64,000 nucleotides of DNA from NCBI GenBank assembly GCA_973895155.1, contig OZ316891.1, positions 3,175,801-3,239,800 on the forward strand, written 5' to 3'. Below, one piece after another: positions 41,134-52,237 of the stretch (positions within the stretch are counted from its first letter, which is position 1; each line of letters begins with the position of its first letter). Source of the DNA: Marsupella aquatica (taxonomy: Eukaryota > Plantae > Marchantiophyta). Under the pieces are notes generated by a model. That model worked only from the letters and a program-made list of their open reading frames with translations. It had not been told where the DNA came from and made no database searches. The translations under genes and the position numbers were made by a program.

Positions 41134-44100
41134 ATGAGTAATAAGCATGAGACTAGTTCGACATCGTCTCCGTCTCCATCTGCGTCCTCTACCGATAATG
41201 GATCAACTGTCTCGGACACGTTCTCTTTTGTACCCGAAGGTGGTCATCAATCGAATCTCAATGGTGAAGACCCTGCCCTAACTTCTGAAACTCAAGAACC
41301 CGTTCGAGGGCCTGGTAAGCTGGTTGCTCGTAGAAGTCCTGCTGAAGATAGTAAGGAAGCATACTTCGAGCGTGAACACAGAAATGGAGACTCCTCGCTG
41401 AAGGTCGGGGACTCGTCTAGGGCCAACGGGAAAGAAGATATGGAGAATGGTGAGTCGCAGTCGAAAATAGGAGATGTGCAAGCAGGCCATGTGATGACGC
41501 ATATTGATCCACAGATGGAGAGTACATCCGACCGGGAAAATCATCTGGCGACGAGGTCTGAGCCCGTTCTCAAAGAAGTTACTACTTTTCCGGTCGATCA
41601 TCACGCAAGAGCTTTGCCTATTGTCAGCCCCAAGAAAGGGCGCTTTGACGTGGATGATATTTACCTTGGGACGGAGCGAGCCCGCAAATTGGAACAAGAG
41701 GGTCTCACGGTTGATATACCTGGTCCACCGAAGAAAAAATTGCTGGCCACTTTTTCGGCACCTGTACGAATCCCTTCTGCTCCTCCAACTCCCCGAACAC
41801 CTGGCGGTGTCGAGCTGAAAACATCTCATCATGATCGTTTGGAGCCCCACGAGGATGGCGGTGAGGGTACATCGCCTCACTCGTCGAAGTCTGATGACAT
41901 GCAATCGGTTAGTGACCAGACTGGAGGGGCAACTTGTGGCTCAGGTATGGCGTTTGTCATCGCGCTTTTGACCCCCGGGAATGTCCATTTACACTGGACT
42001 GCAACTTTTGCGTCATTGCGAACTCACATGAGAAGTTTTAAGATATTCTTATTCAAATTGGTTGAATTCCCGGTCATTGAAATTATTGCGCAGAGGATTG
42101 GTGGTAGAGTTATGAGATTATAGTCAAGCTCTTTAAATATCTGATGCAGTAATGTTTGATTTGTTCGAGATTTGAAAAATGTACAATTGGACGTTTGAGG
42201 GAAGTAGCCTTGGAAGTTTTTGAAATAAATCAAATTCAACCCGGGGAATATGACCTGAAGTCCAGGGAGCAACACGCTCTTCTATCGTCGAGTGGCTTTC
42301 ACTCAGCGTCAACAGCATGTAAAGAATTTCAGGAAATGTGGTGGAAAGTTAGGGAGGGTACTTGAGAGCTTGAGCGAATTTGGAGGTCCGAATGACTGCA
42401 ACCGAAAGGAGCTGAAAAGCTCCCCCAACGATATCGAACCCGAGAGACAAGTGCATCGAAACAGACAATTCCATTTGGTCCGAGTCTCAAGTGTCAAATA
42501 TGGCAGTGGAAGTTGACTCAGGCATAATTTGGGAGGATTTAAATACCTTTCTTACTCGTTGCTAAAGTTATTTATGAATGTATTTCTGCCCAGGATCATC
42601 GCCGTCCCTGGTCCGCACCAAGTCCATGCCTAGCAAATCCTTCTCAGAGGTGGAAGAGATGAATGAAATGAGAAGATCAAATACCCAAAGTGGACAGAGG
42701 CGGCTGAAATCTAGAAACAAGGAGGATCTGAATGTACGCCTTGTTGCTCAAGAGAAGATGTCGGACCGTAAAAAGGTTTTTCTCTACCTTCCGGAATTTT
42801 ATCATGGACTATTCCTCATCTGAGTGATGCGGAACTGTTGCGAGAGACCGTCCAAGATAGGATATGTTTGTTGAGCACGTGAATTCTGCGAAACCAGAAG
42901 TAGTCGAACTCATTTCATTCTGAGGTAGGTATTTTGTTTTGGTTGCTGCAGAAAAAGCTTATGAAACATCTTGCAACCATTAAATTGGATGGCACTGTAG
43001 AGTTTGATATTGCAAGGAGTGCCCGCTTAGCCAGCAATCTTTTTGGACCTGGAATTTTTGATGAGGGAGGCACGGTCGGAGAAGAGGGCGTAGAAGAAGA
43101 CGATGAACAAACACGGAGGGATATTCCCCCGCTGCAGATCGTCATGCTCATTGTAGGGACGCGCGGTGATGTTCAGCCATTTGTAGCCATCGGAAAGCAT
43201 TTGCAGGTATGATGACAAGTGTGTCTCTAGAGTTATCATCGACTCTTTCAACTCATTGCAAGCGTTATCTTTTGAAGTTTTATGTTTATCCAAGTGACTC
43301 TTTGACGTTGAAATTTACGCAATGAAACAAGTTGTTGGTTTTAGAAGCAGTTTGACGGCGTGGGCATGTCCGGTGAGTCGAAGAGGAAACCTGAGTTTTG
43401 ATTTCGTTCTGCATGTGATTGCTAACAGGAATACGGGCATCGTGTGAGATTGGCAACTCATACGAACTTTCGGGAATTTGTAATGACCGCGGGCCTTGAG
43501 TACTATCCTTTGGGTGGTGACCCGAAGGTATTAGCAGGATGTAAGTGGGCATCTATGGAGTAGGCTTTGGTGCTCTTGGGTCTGCTCCTTGATAGCAAAG
43601 TTAAGTCACAGGGAACTCTATCGAATCTGAAAGATGCAAGCTAGTTGGCATGCTGTAATCCAATGCCCTTAAGTTTTTGTTTCGTACAGATATGGTGAAG
43701 AACAAAGGGTTTTTGCCTTCTGGTCCTGGGGAGATACAAGTTCAGCGGAAGCAAATTAAGGCCATCATCAACTCACTACTCCCAGCATGTGTTGAAACGG
43801 ACACCGAATCTGGAAATGCTTTTCCATTTAGAGCACAAGCTATTATCGCAAATCCACCAGCCTATGGTACTGCTTTTCTCTTCGTCCAAGGGTGTGGGTG
43901 GTGACAAAGCTTTTTATAATTGTAGGTTTTATTTATAAAACCGGTCCAAGGGTGTCTTGGGTTGTTTTGGATGGACTGAGCAACTGTGGCTATGGCCAAT
44001 CGGTCTTGTATACAAAGCAACGTTACGCAGCTCACTCAACATCATCTGCTGTGATGAAAGGCCCGTCAAGGTTTGAAAAGTTGCATCAAGACGTGTAGGG

Positions 44101-47100
44101 GAGCTAAATTGAATACTTTGTGATTCATGACCCTTAAATGTAGGACTAGTGATGGTTAACCCGTGCATATGTTTAGTATTAATACCATATTGAAGTACTA
44201 TCCTTTCGGAGCCCAAAGCTGAGTTTTGGGTTGTCTGATGTGGGTTTGAAGAACTATCGACATCAAGCTTCTCGTCTAAGTCTCAGGACTTTGTTGATGA
44301 TCACAAATTTTTTCAATCCAGAACACTCGTCTGTCTTCGTATTTGATTTCTGGAGAATGTTCTAAAGAAATTTTGAAATGTGCAGGGCATGTGCACGTGG
44401 CTGAATACCTACAGGTTCCTCTGCACATATTCTTTACAATGCCTTGGACGTAAGCCCCCATACTTTAGCCCTCGACTAAATAAGTTTCGGGCCGTCAATA
44501 AATTCGATAACATAATGAGACACATGATACATCCGTTTTTGAGCAAACGAATTGAAGTGATCAGTGAAACTTGCTGGGCGCCATTTGAGCGGGGTTTGAT
44601 ACAATGACATTTTGTGGTGTCCTTTCTCATGTACTCTGTTTCCTTTGTCCTTGTGTGATCTGTAGGGCGACTAGCCAGTTTCCTCATCCTCTCTCACGAG
44701 TGAAGTCACCTGCCGGATACCGAGTACGTTCCCTGTCCGTGTCTTTGAGTCGGGGGTTTGTCCAGTCTACCATGAAGGGACAAACTTACAACAGGACATT
44801 TATTGTTGGATTAATTTCATTGGAGGGCAATCCTTCTGACTACAGGGTCTTCAAGTAGTTCATCCACTGAATGATCTTGGGCCCTACAGTTGTGACCAAC
44901 TTCTTCGAGATATGTTTAAGCTAATACGGAAAAATGATACCTTCTGCAGATGTCATATCAAGTGGTTGATTCTTTAATCTGGTGGGGCATCCGAAGTATG
45001 ATCAATGATTTTCGGAAGAAGAAGCTAAAGCTTCGGCCGATCACATATTTGAGTGGATCACAAGGATCAATCTCAGAGTTACCGACTGGCTACATGTGGA
45101 GTCCACATCTTGTTCCCAAGCCGAGAGGTACCAGTCAAACCCTGTGAGTAGCTTGGCAAGGTTTAGGGAAGAAGCCAGTCCCGGCCGTCATGAAATTTAA
45201 AGTTGCGATAATGGGATGCAAAACCTTTGCTGACCAGAATGATTTGTTCGGTTTGCATGGCTGTTGAATATTTTGGTCAAACGTTCTGCCATATTGAAGT
45301 CTGGTTGCCTACAATGATAGATATATTCGTTACTCTTCAGAAAATCTTGGCAGTTTCCGGAGTGTTGGTATCTTAGGCAAATCTAACACGTATCTGGAAT
45401 CAAAATGGTGACATTATATACCGGAAGTTTTATGGTCTAGGTTTTAGAAACGGCTAATGTTTTCACTTCGTAATTTCCAGACTGGGGACCTCTAATTGAC
45501 GTAGTAGGATTCTGCTTCCTGAATCTTGCACAAGACTACAAGCCTCCGAAAGATTTAATGCAGTGGCTGAAGGCGGGGCCGCCGCCCATTTACGTTGGAT
45601 TTGGAAGTCTTGTGAGTCCTATGATCAGCTTCTTTTTTATGGACTGATTCCTGCTGCGACATAGGTTCCTTTGAAAGCGTGTAGGGAGAGTGCGTGCCAT
45701 ATTTAATGCTAAAACCGATTCTTGCGGTAGTAGGTAAAGATATGCGAGTGAGTACATGGTTCGAATTGAACAAATTCTTTAATGTGCTTGCCAGTAAGGG
45801 ACAGTTTCGGAAATATAAATCTTTGTCATTCTTGTTGGAAAAGTTTACTGAGTGATTAATTTTAGGTTTTGTGAATTGCAGCCTGTTGTGGACCCAAAAG
45901 GAATGACAAATATCGTTGTGAAGGCTTTGGAAGCAACTAAGCAAAGGGGCATTATTTTCAAAGGCTGGGGCGGAATCGGTGAATGTGAGTATTTTCCACT
46001 TGTCATGTGTTGCACTTGTTTGGACAGTGATTGTCACTTGCAGCATCTTCGTGTCAAAAGTGGTGGCTAGGTTGATGCCGACTGTAGTGTGCAAGGATCA
46101 TTGTATCGTAACTTTGCCTAATATTGCGGAATTTTCTTGTTCTGCAGTGTTAGACGCTTCTGAAAACATTTATCTTATCGAGGACTGTCCTCATGACTGG
46201 CTTTTTAAACAATGTAAAGCTGTGGTGAGATCCTCAACCAGTTGACGATTACTCGATTCGGGTTAAAGACAGGGGAACATTGGCTTCTAGGTGGTCCAAT
46301 AGTCCATGTGGAGGCTGAAATTTTGTTGCACTGCTGTAGTCGGTCACTTTCCTGCTGCATTTTTTGCGTGTAATCTCTTTTAATATCCATAACTGGCGTG
46401 TGCAGGTGCATCATGGTGGGGCAGGGACAACAGCTGCGGGTCTTAAGGCCGCAGTAATTTTCTAAAACCTGAAAAGGCACTTCATTTGCTTGATGATAGT
46501 GACACCGATTATGCCTATTTCTTCGATATAGTGGTGGTTTATGAGAAGAATTCGTGAAGTACTAGTATTGGACTGCTTTTCTGGAGGCCTTGTACGCATT
46601 GGCAAGGTGTATTCATCTATAGACCTGGGACGTAAAATCGTGCTCGGTTTGCGGCATGTGTTTTTTTTAATCATTACGTGATGTCCTTGGTAAAGCTGCT
46701 GCTTTTACGACACTGACCTTTGTATCATGTCATTGCAGTGTCCAACCACTGTTGTGCCCTTTTTTGGGGACCAACCCTTTTGGGGTGAGCAGATACATAA
46801 AAAGGGGGTTGGCCCGCCTCCGATCGCTGTTGATCAATTCTCGCTCGACAAACTTGTGAAAGCCATTGAGTATATGCTGAAAGATGAAGTGAGTTATTTG
46901 TTAAAGCATTGTTTTTCATAGCATGTCTTATTTTTCTAAGTTTACGTCACAATCTCTTAAGCAATGTAAATCTGGGTTCATGACAAGCGTGGTCATATTC
47001 GTATACGAATAAAAGACTATTTTGCTCAATGTAAAGGAATGAATTCAACTACCTCATATCCGTCAGTGTGTCGCCCAAGCGTCGGGGTGTTTGTTTTTAC

Positions 47101-47323
47101 ATGCAGATTCTCATGTGGTTCTATTCTTGATACGCAGGTCAAGCAAAAGGCAGAGGAAATTTCAAAAGCAATGGAGTCAGAAAATGGAATTGAAGGAGCA
47201 GTGGTTGCATTCCATAAACATTTACCACTTGATACACCTCAACCGCCTCACACTCACCCGCCCGATAAGGCTAGATTTAAAGTGCTTAAACCACTTCGAA
47301 GTATGTATAGTTGCTTTACGTGA
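41134..47323 (+). CDS. UGT80: Sterol 3-beta-glucosyltransferase (UGT80 family), 843 aa; exons 41134-41944, 42594-42775, 42952-43206, 43429-43540, 43690-43866, 44386-44449, 44666-44723, 44950-45127, 45481-45611, 45882-45984, 46148-46224, 46406-46453, 46739-46888, 47138-47323
   Basis: The spliced frame is open (2532 nt): [76 protein letters not shown]. The start codon is the first ATG in this frame after the acceptor at 41052. Confidence 0.93.
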
Positions 47324-48168
47324 GAGTACCATAGTCATTGCGATTATTTATGGCTATTTAATTCTTGTAATAGTTAAAGGGTTCCACGGCCAAAGTTACG
47401 CTGTGGGTCATTGAGTGTATCGGCTGATTGATTGAGGCACTGCACTCTATGAGTTAGCAATTGTCACATCCTCTTAGCAGATTCTTTTTCAGGTGGACAG
47501 TTGGCAGGCCTGAGGCTGAGGTATGCTGGAAGTGATGTAAATTATGGAGCTAGTTAGTAAATGTTCTCAATGTTAGTTTGGAGTGCTTTGGTTTGTATTG
47601 AAGCCATTTGCATGAGTATTATACCTCTTTGTGTAGGGAAATAAATTTCCGAAGGTCAATGACTTACCATCTCTGTCGAAGACGATTTGAAGCGACCTTG
47701 TTTTGGCCATATTAGATAGATGGTGAAGCGAGCAGGTGCAAGGAGAGTAATGTCAAGAGGAACTATGGTGGTGTTCGAAGTCTGTTGGATTGCAAGACTT
47801 TTGGAGGGCCGCACTCTTTTTATTTGCATTGTAAAGTAGGTAGAGTACAATTGTCGCTCGAGAAGTAAATGTGGTTACATGGCTCTATAGGTGGATGCTT
47901 TACAGAATTGAGTGGGAGCTTCCAATTAGTGCTAAACACCAATAGGGTTTAAGCATTATATGAAGAATGTTATGTTTTTGGTTGGAACGACAGCAGTTAA
48001 GAGCAGATTGTAAGTTCGGTCTGAACAAACAGTTAGTAAGGCAGCTCCGTCTTTCTTTTGGAGGACTTTTCTTTGGCTCCGAAGTCCCCTTTTTTGGGGC
48101 CTATTGAATCCTAAACCCTTTCAGGTTTCGTTGTGGCTTATGGGGTTCCCACCAGTGTTGGGCAGGTA

Positions 48169-48230
48169 TAGGGTTTTCCATATACCAGCTAGATAAAGTA
48201 GGGTTTTCCTTATACCAGCTAGATAAAGTA
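48169..48230. repeat. 30-bp tandem duplication
   Basis: GGGTTTTCC(A/T)TATACCAGCTAGATAAAGTA occurs twice. Confidence 0.95.
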
Positions 48231-48819
48231 TAGTGAACATCCTGGCAAGGCATGGTATTGGTCTGGTATTTATACTATACCAGATATCCAAAATCTCAAG
48301 GTAATCTCAAGGTATATGAAAGGGGGTATCGCAGATATTAGACCTGTTATAGATACTATACAGAGTTTAGGGTGACTAGGTTGCACTCGGGTAGTATTAT
48401 AATAAATTAAGAGTCATAATAGCAGTTCAACTATGTTATCAAGAAAATGAGTCTCCTTTAACTTGGACAATTTATACATAATAAACTTGGCATGATGCTT
48501 TGACTTTAGGGTGAACCTCTATCAAAATTAGTAAATGTTATAATCAGCTCGTGCTTCATCAATCTTTTTCTTGGCTTGAAAGCCAAAAGCAGACACATCC
48601 AAGTGAGATTGACTTCTTGCTCTAATGCATGTGATTTTATACAGGGTAGTCAGAGGGGCAATACTGAGGGATTGATAGGGACCCAAAGCAGGAAGGAGAG
48701 AGAGTTGATTGAGGTCCACATGGACCAACCAGGGGCTAAGAAGAAACCAAGACTCACACCTTTACACCCCACCCACACATACACACCTCAATATACACAC
48801 CCTCACACCCCTTGCCTGT

Positions 48820-49028
48820 GGAGGGGGGAATTGAACTTAAAACTTTTCGGTTCTTGGCTCATCCACAGCCAACTGACTAGTACTTCATCAATTTTGCATC
48901 AACCAACAACATCAATGGTGTTGGAGGGGGGGGGGGTTTAAACTTGAGACCTTTTGGTTCTAGGCTCATCTGTTGGCCAACTGACTAGTGCTTGATCAAT
49001 TTTGCATCAACCAACAACATCACTGATG
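48820..49028 (-). mobile_element. Tandem pair (about 105 bp unit) of tRNA-derived SINE-like heads
   Basis: Minus strand: TAGTCAGTTGG (A-box-like) ... AGTTCAATTCCCCC or AGTTTAAACCCCCC (B-box-like) in both units. Confidence 0.5.
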
Positions 49029-49394
49029 TCACCTTCAGTAGCCAAGAAGTCACCAATGTTAGCAGTCTTTGAAATTGAGTCCACCCTACAGTTATCTGGC
49101 CAATTCTTGACATCATCGTCAATATCTCACAGTATTTCAACTCAAGTCTATGTGGATGAAGGTTTGTTGGCACACAAGCAGTCAAGAACATGCCTAAAAA
49201 ATACGTGCTTGCATTCAATAAGAGAGCCGGGAATGCCAAGGAATTGGTAATAAGTCCTCTCATTCTCCTTCCACCAAGCCAGGGGAGCCACATTTGATGG
49301 GACACAAACTTGCCTAACATATCTTAGTTCCTTTTCTTCTTACTCTTTTAAATGGGAAATATGTGAAATCCAAAAGAAAGGGAAGAGTCCGTCA

Positions 49395-49452
49395 TAACAT
49401 TTGAACCCCAAGGCCTATCAATCTCCACTCAAGTGAGCTACCACACAGCCAT
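49395..49452 (-). mobile_element. Possible further tRNA-derived SINE head
   Basis: Minus strand TGGCTGTGTGGTAGC ... GGGGTTCAAAT at tRNA-like spacing. Confidence 0.3.
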
Positions 49453-50224
49453 GCTTCTCTGGGCCTTGCCTAACATATCTTACTTTGTGATCTTACTTGG
49501 CCTTGCATACATGTTGGCTCAAAGCAAGATACAGTGGGTCTAAGTTGAGAAAATTTAATACGCATCTCAATACCTATTTGTAATACCATTTTGAAGCATA
49601 GAGTAGACCTTAAAGAAGGGAAGTGAGTCTGAAAAAATTCAAATTCAAAAGTAGTCCACTCAATAAGCCCTAACCACCAGAGTATTGACTTGCCAGCCTT
49701 GGTGAAGTACAATGATGAGGGCCCAACTACTTTGTCCTTGATGAGCGCAACTGATTTACTAGACTTTGTCCTTATGGTGGGAAGGAATTTTGCAAAGCAA
49801 TGCAGGCTAGGGGATCGTTGGTTGCTGCGTGCACTTTGAATGTGGCTTCTGATTGAAGCTCTTGAGGGAATCGTCTGCGCTGCCACAGTTTTGCAAAGAA
49901 CTGGACCGCCTTGTTGCAAATTTGGTGCTTCCTGGAAGCTTGTGTACTCGATTGGAGCCTGCAGGTGTGTGATCGACAACTAGTGAGCTAGCATGATCAA
50001 GGGACAATAAGACAACATTGCATTGGAAGAAGCGATCACAAAAGTATCGGTAACTTGACTTGCGCAAGCTTTGATTTGGTTGCTTTTGATTTTTGGATAG
50101 TTTTAATTTGCTTTCCCCTCCAGGATTTGACATTGTTAGCGCCTAAGCTAAGAATGTTATAACTGATCGACATTTCTTTGTTCTTTGAAGGCCTCTGTAT
50201 TGGCTAGAAAACAAGGGAGGAGTC

Positions 50225-51040
50225 TCAAAGCTTATTGGAGCTGGAACAACGTTACAACTGGGAGGTGCGAGCGTTGGAGCCAAACATCTCCTAAGCTTAG
50301 ACAGGTATATTTTGCTTGGACTGTCCTTATGATCTTTTGACGTGAAGGGATTGAGCTTAGGTCTGGATAGTATGGCGCTCTAGCCCTTATCATCTGCTAG
50401 AAAGCAGGGGATTAAAATTAAGTCCCACAAGTCTCCGCCATGTACATTCAACATCGGAAATGTTGGCATTTGCATATTAGTGTTGGAGTTGGGACGACAT
50501 TGGAGCTGGGAGGTGCGGGAGCTGAAGCCAAGCAAACAGGTATATAGTAAACACTCTTGCCCTTGTAATCTTTTGACACAAGGGATGAAGCACCTGAAGT
50601 CCAAATAGTATTGTGCTTCTTGGGGGTCTCACTATATGGGGACCTCCCCAATCGTCTGTGACGTTTTTAGGCCTTGGACCCCCTAAAATGTAAGAATTTT
50701 TTATTATTTTTTAACCCCTATAAAGTTGGAATATTCTTGGAATATTCTAAAAATTGGATTAAAAAGACCCTAATGTTCTTATAAGTCTCAAAATTGAATT
50801 TAAAAGATCCTATTGTTCTTCTACAAAAATTCTTAAGTCTTCCCTTAGAACCAATAAAATGACCCTATCCTTCGTCGCACGTGATATGCCATTTTTTGTG
50901 GAAGTGAAACCCCCGAGTTGCGCTTGTGCCCTTATCATCTATTCAACATTGGGGGATTGAAGGCCCTGAGAGTCTCCGTCATGTTTATTCAATCATCCCA
51001 ATGGTGTCGGTTGCATTAGGCAACATTTGAACTGGAGCAA
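50225..51040. repeat. Degenerate tandem repeat, about 250 bp unit; second unit interrupted by a MITE
   Basis: CTGGGAGGTGCG, ACAGGTATAT, ATCTTTTGAC, GCCCTTATCATCT and AGTCTCCG.CATGT each occur twice in the same order. Confidence 0.75.
50619..50917. mobile_element. hAT-like MITE, 299 bp
   Basis: 15-bp TIRs CTTGGGGGTCTCACT / AGTGAAACCCCCGAG (2 mismatches). 8-bp TSD TTGTGCTT (50611-50618) / TTGCGCTT (50918-50925). AT-rich non-coding interior. Confidence 0.8.
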
Positions 51041-51220
51041 GAGGTGGAAGGCACACATTTCTCTCTGATGCTCGTAAATTGTCATTAGGTTTAGTGATCT
51101 TGGCAGACCGGAAAAGCCGCTTAGCCAGATGACTATATCACCACTCGGGGACTCATAGTCTGGTGACAAACCTGGTCCGTCCAAATTGGCCATTTCTCTT
51201 GACAAGGATTCTGGACAGGG

Positions 51221-52237
51221 ATGATTGTTGACGACTTTGCAAAGGACCTTGACTACTTCCACCGTGTGATTGGCTTGCCAAGTGAGGACAAGAAGAATGG
51301 CTACAAGGAGGGGATTGTGGGGATTCCCGATGAGGACATCCACAATCTGATTTGCGCATTAGATGGGATTGAGAAATTTCAGTAGTACACTCTGGAGGTT
51401 GCTAGGGGACTATACAAAAGCGCATCTTGAAGAAGAGTGAACTGGGCTGCTTCCAGTGTGGACAAGCACAAAGGGCAACTGAGACTGAGGTTTGTCCGCA
51501 AAACTGCTTTGCAACTTGATTTGCCACCATGGAAGCGCATTGAGCACGAGTATACCCCACCTCTAGGCTTAAGTTTTAATGGTGTACTAAGCCCGTTATC
51601 AAAGTGTGGGTCAACACAAAGGAGTGGAGTTCCAGAAGAGCATGAAGATTGCCCTTCTTTTCTGCACAATCCATTGTCAAAGGATTGTGAAACAAAGGAG
51701 TCAGATGTACCGCTGGATGTAGGAGCTACCAGTGATGTGAAACATTTGCAAGGTGCGGTACCAGGCACTGAGGCACCTCAAACCTCAACATCAGATGTGC
51801 AAGTGAATATTGAGCACCTGAGCGAGAACTGTGCATCCCGATCCAAGCAACCAGATCAGGAGTTTTCAGTAGGCAAAGATTCTACCTCGCAAGAGGTCAC
51901 GTTTGAAGAGCCAAAGGTACAATGTCATGGCATCACTACTGGCACTCCTCTTTTAGGAAAGCATGTAGTTTTGGAATCCCGGCTAGGGGTTGTGGAGCAC
52001 TGTCTTTGAGAGCTCGGCCCGAAAGCAGAGAAGGCTCAAAATTTTGTAGTTGTGTGCAAAGCACGGATGGATACTGTTTACCTTGAGCTCGAAGAGCTTG
52101 GACTGGTGTTGTGTGAATTACGAACTTGGAAGGCTAAGTACTTGGTGGAAATGGATAAGATACATAGTGCTATGGAGGCAAAGGTGGCAGAGAAGAACCA
52201 ACTTTTTGATGACATTGCCTTGCTCAAAGCAAATTAA
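51221..52237 (+). pseudogene. Decayed single-frame ORF (about 340 codons, three internal stops), probably transposon-associated, with C-terminal coiled coil
   Basis: One frame runs MIVDDFAKDLDYFHRVIGLPSE...VNWAA...LELEELGLVLCELRTWKAKYLVEMDK. Stops at 51383, 51428 and 52007; no frameshift. Confidence 0.5.

Noticed and set aside
41278-41904. 208-aa antisense ORF
   Set aside because: Shadow of the large UGT80 first coding exon.
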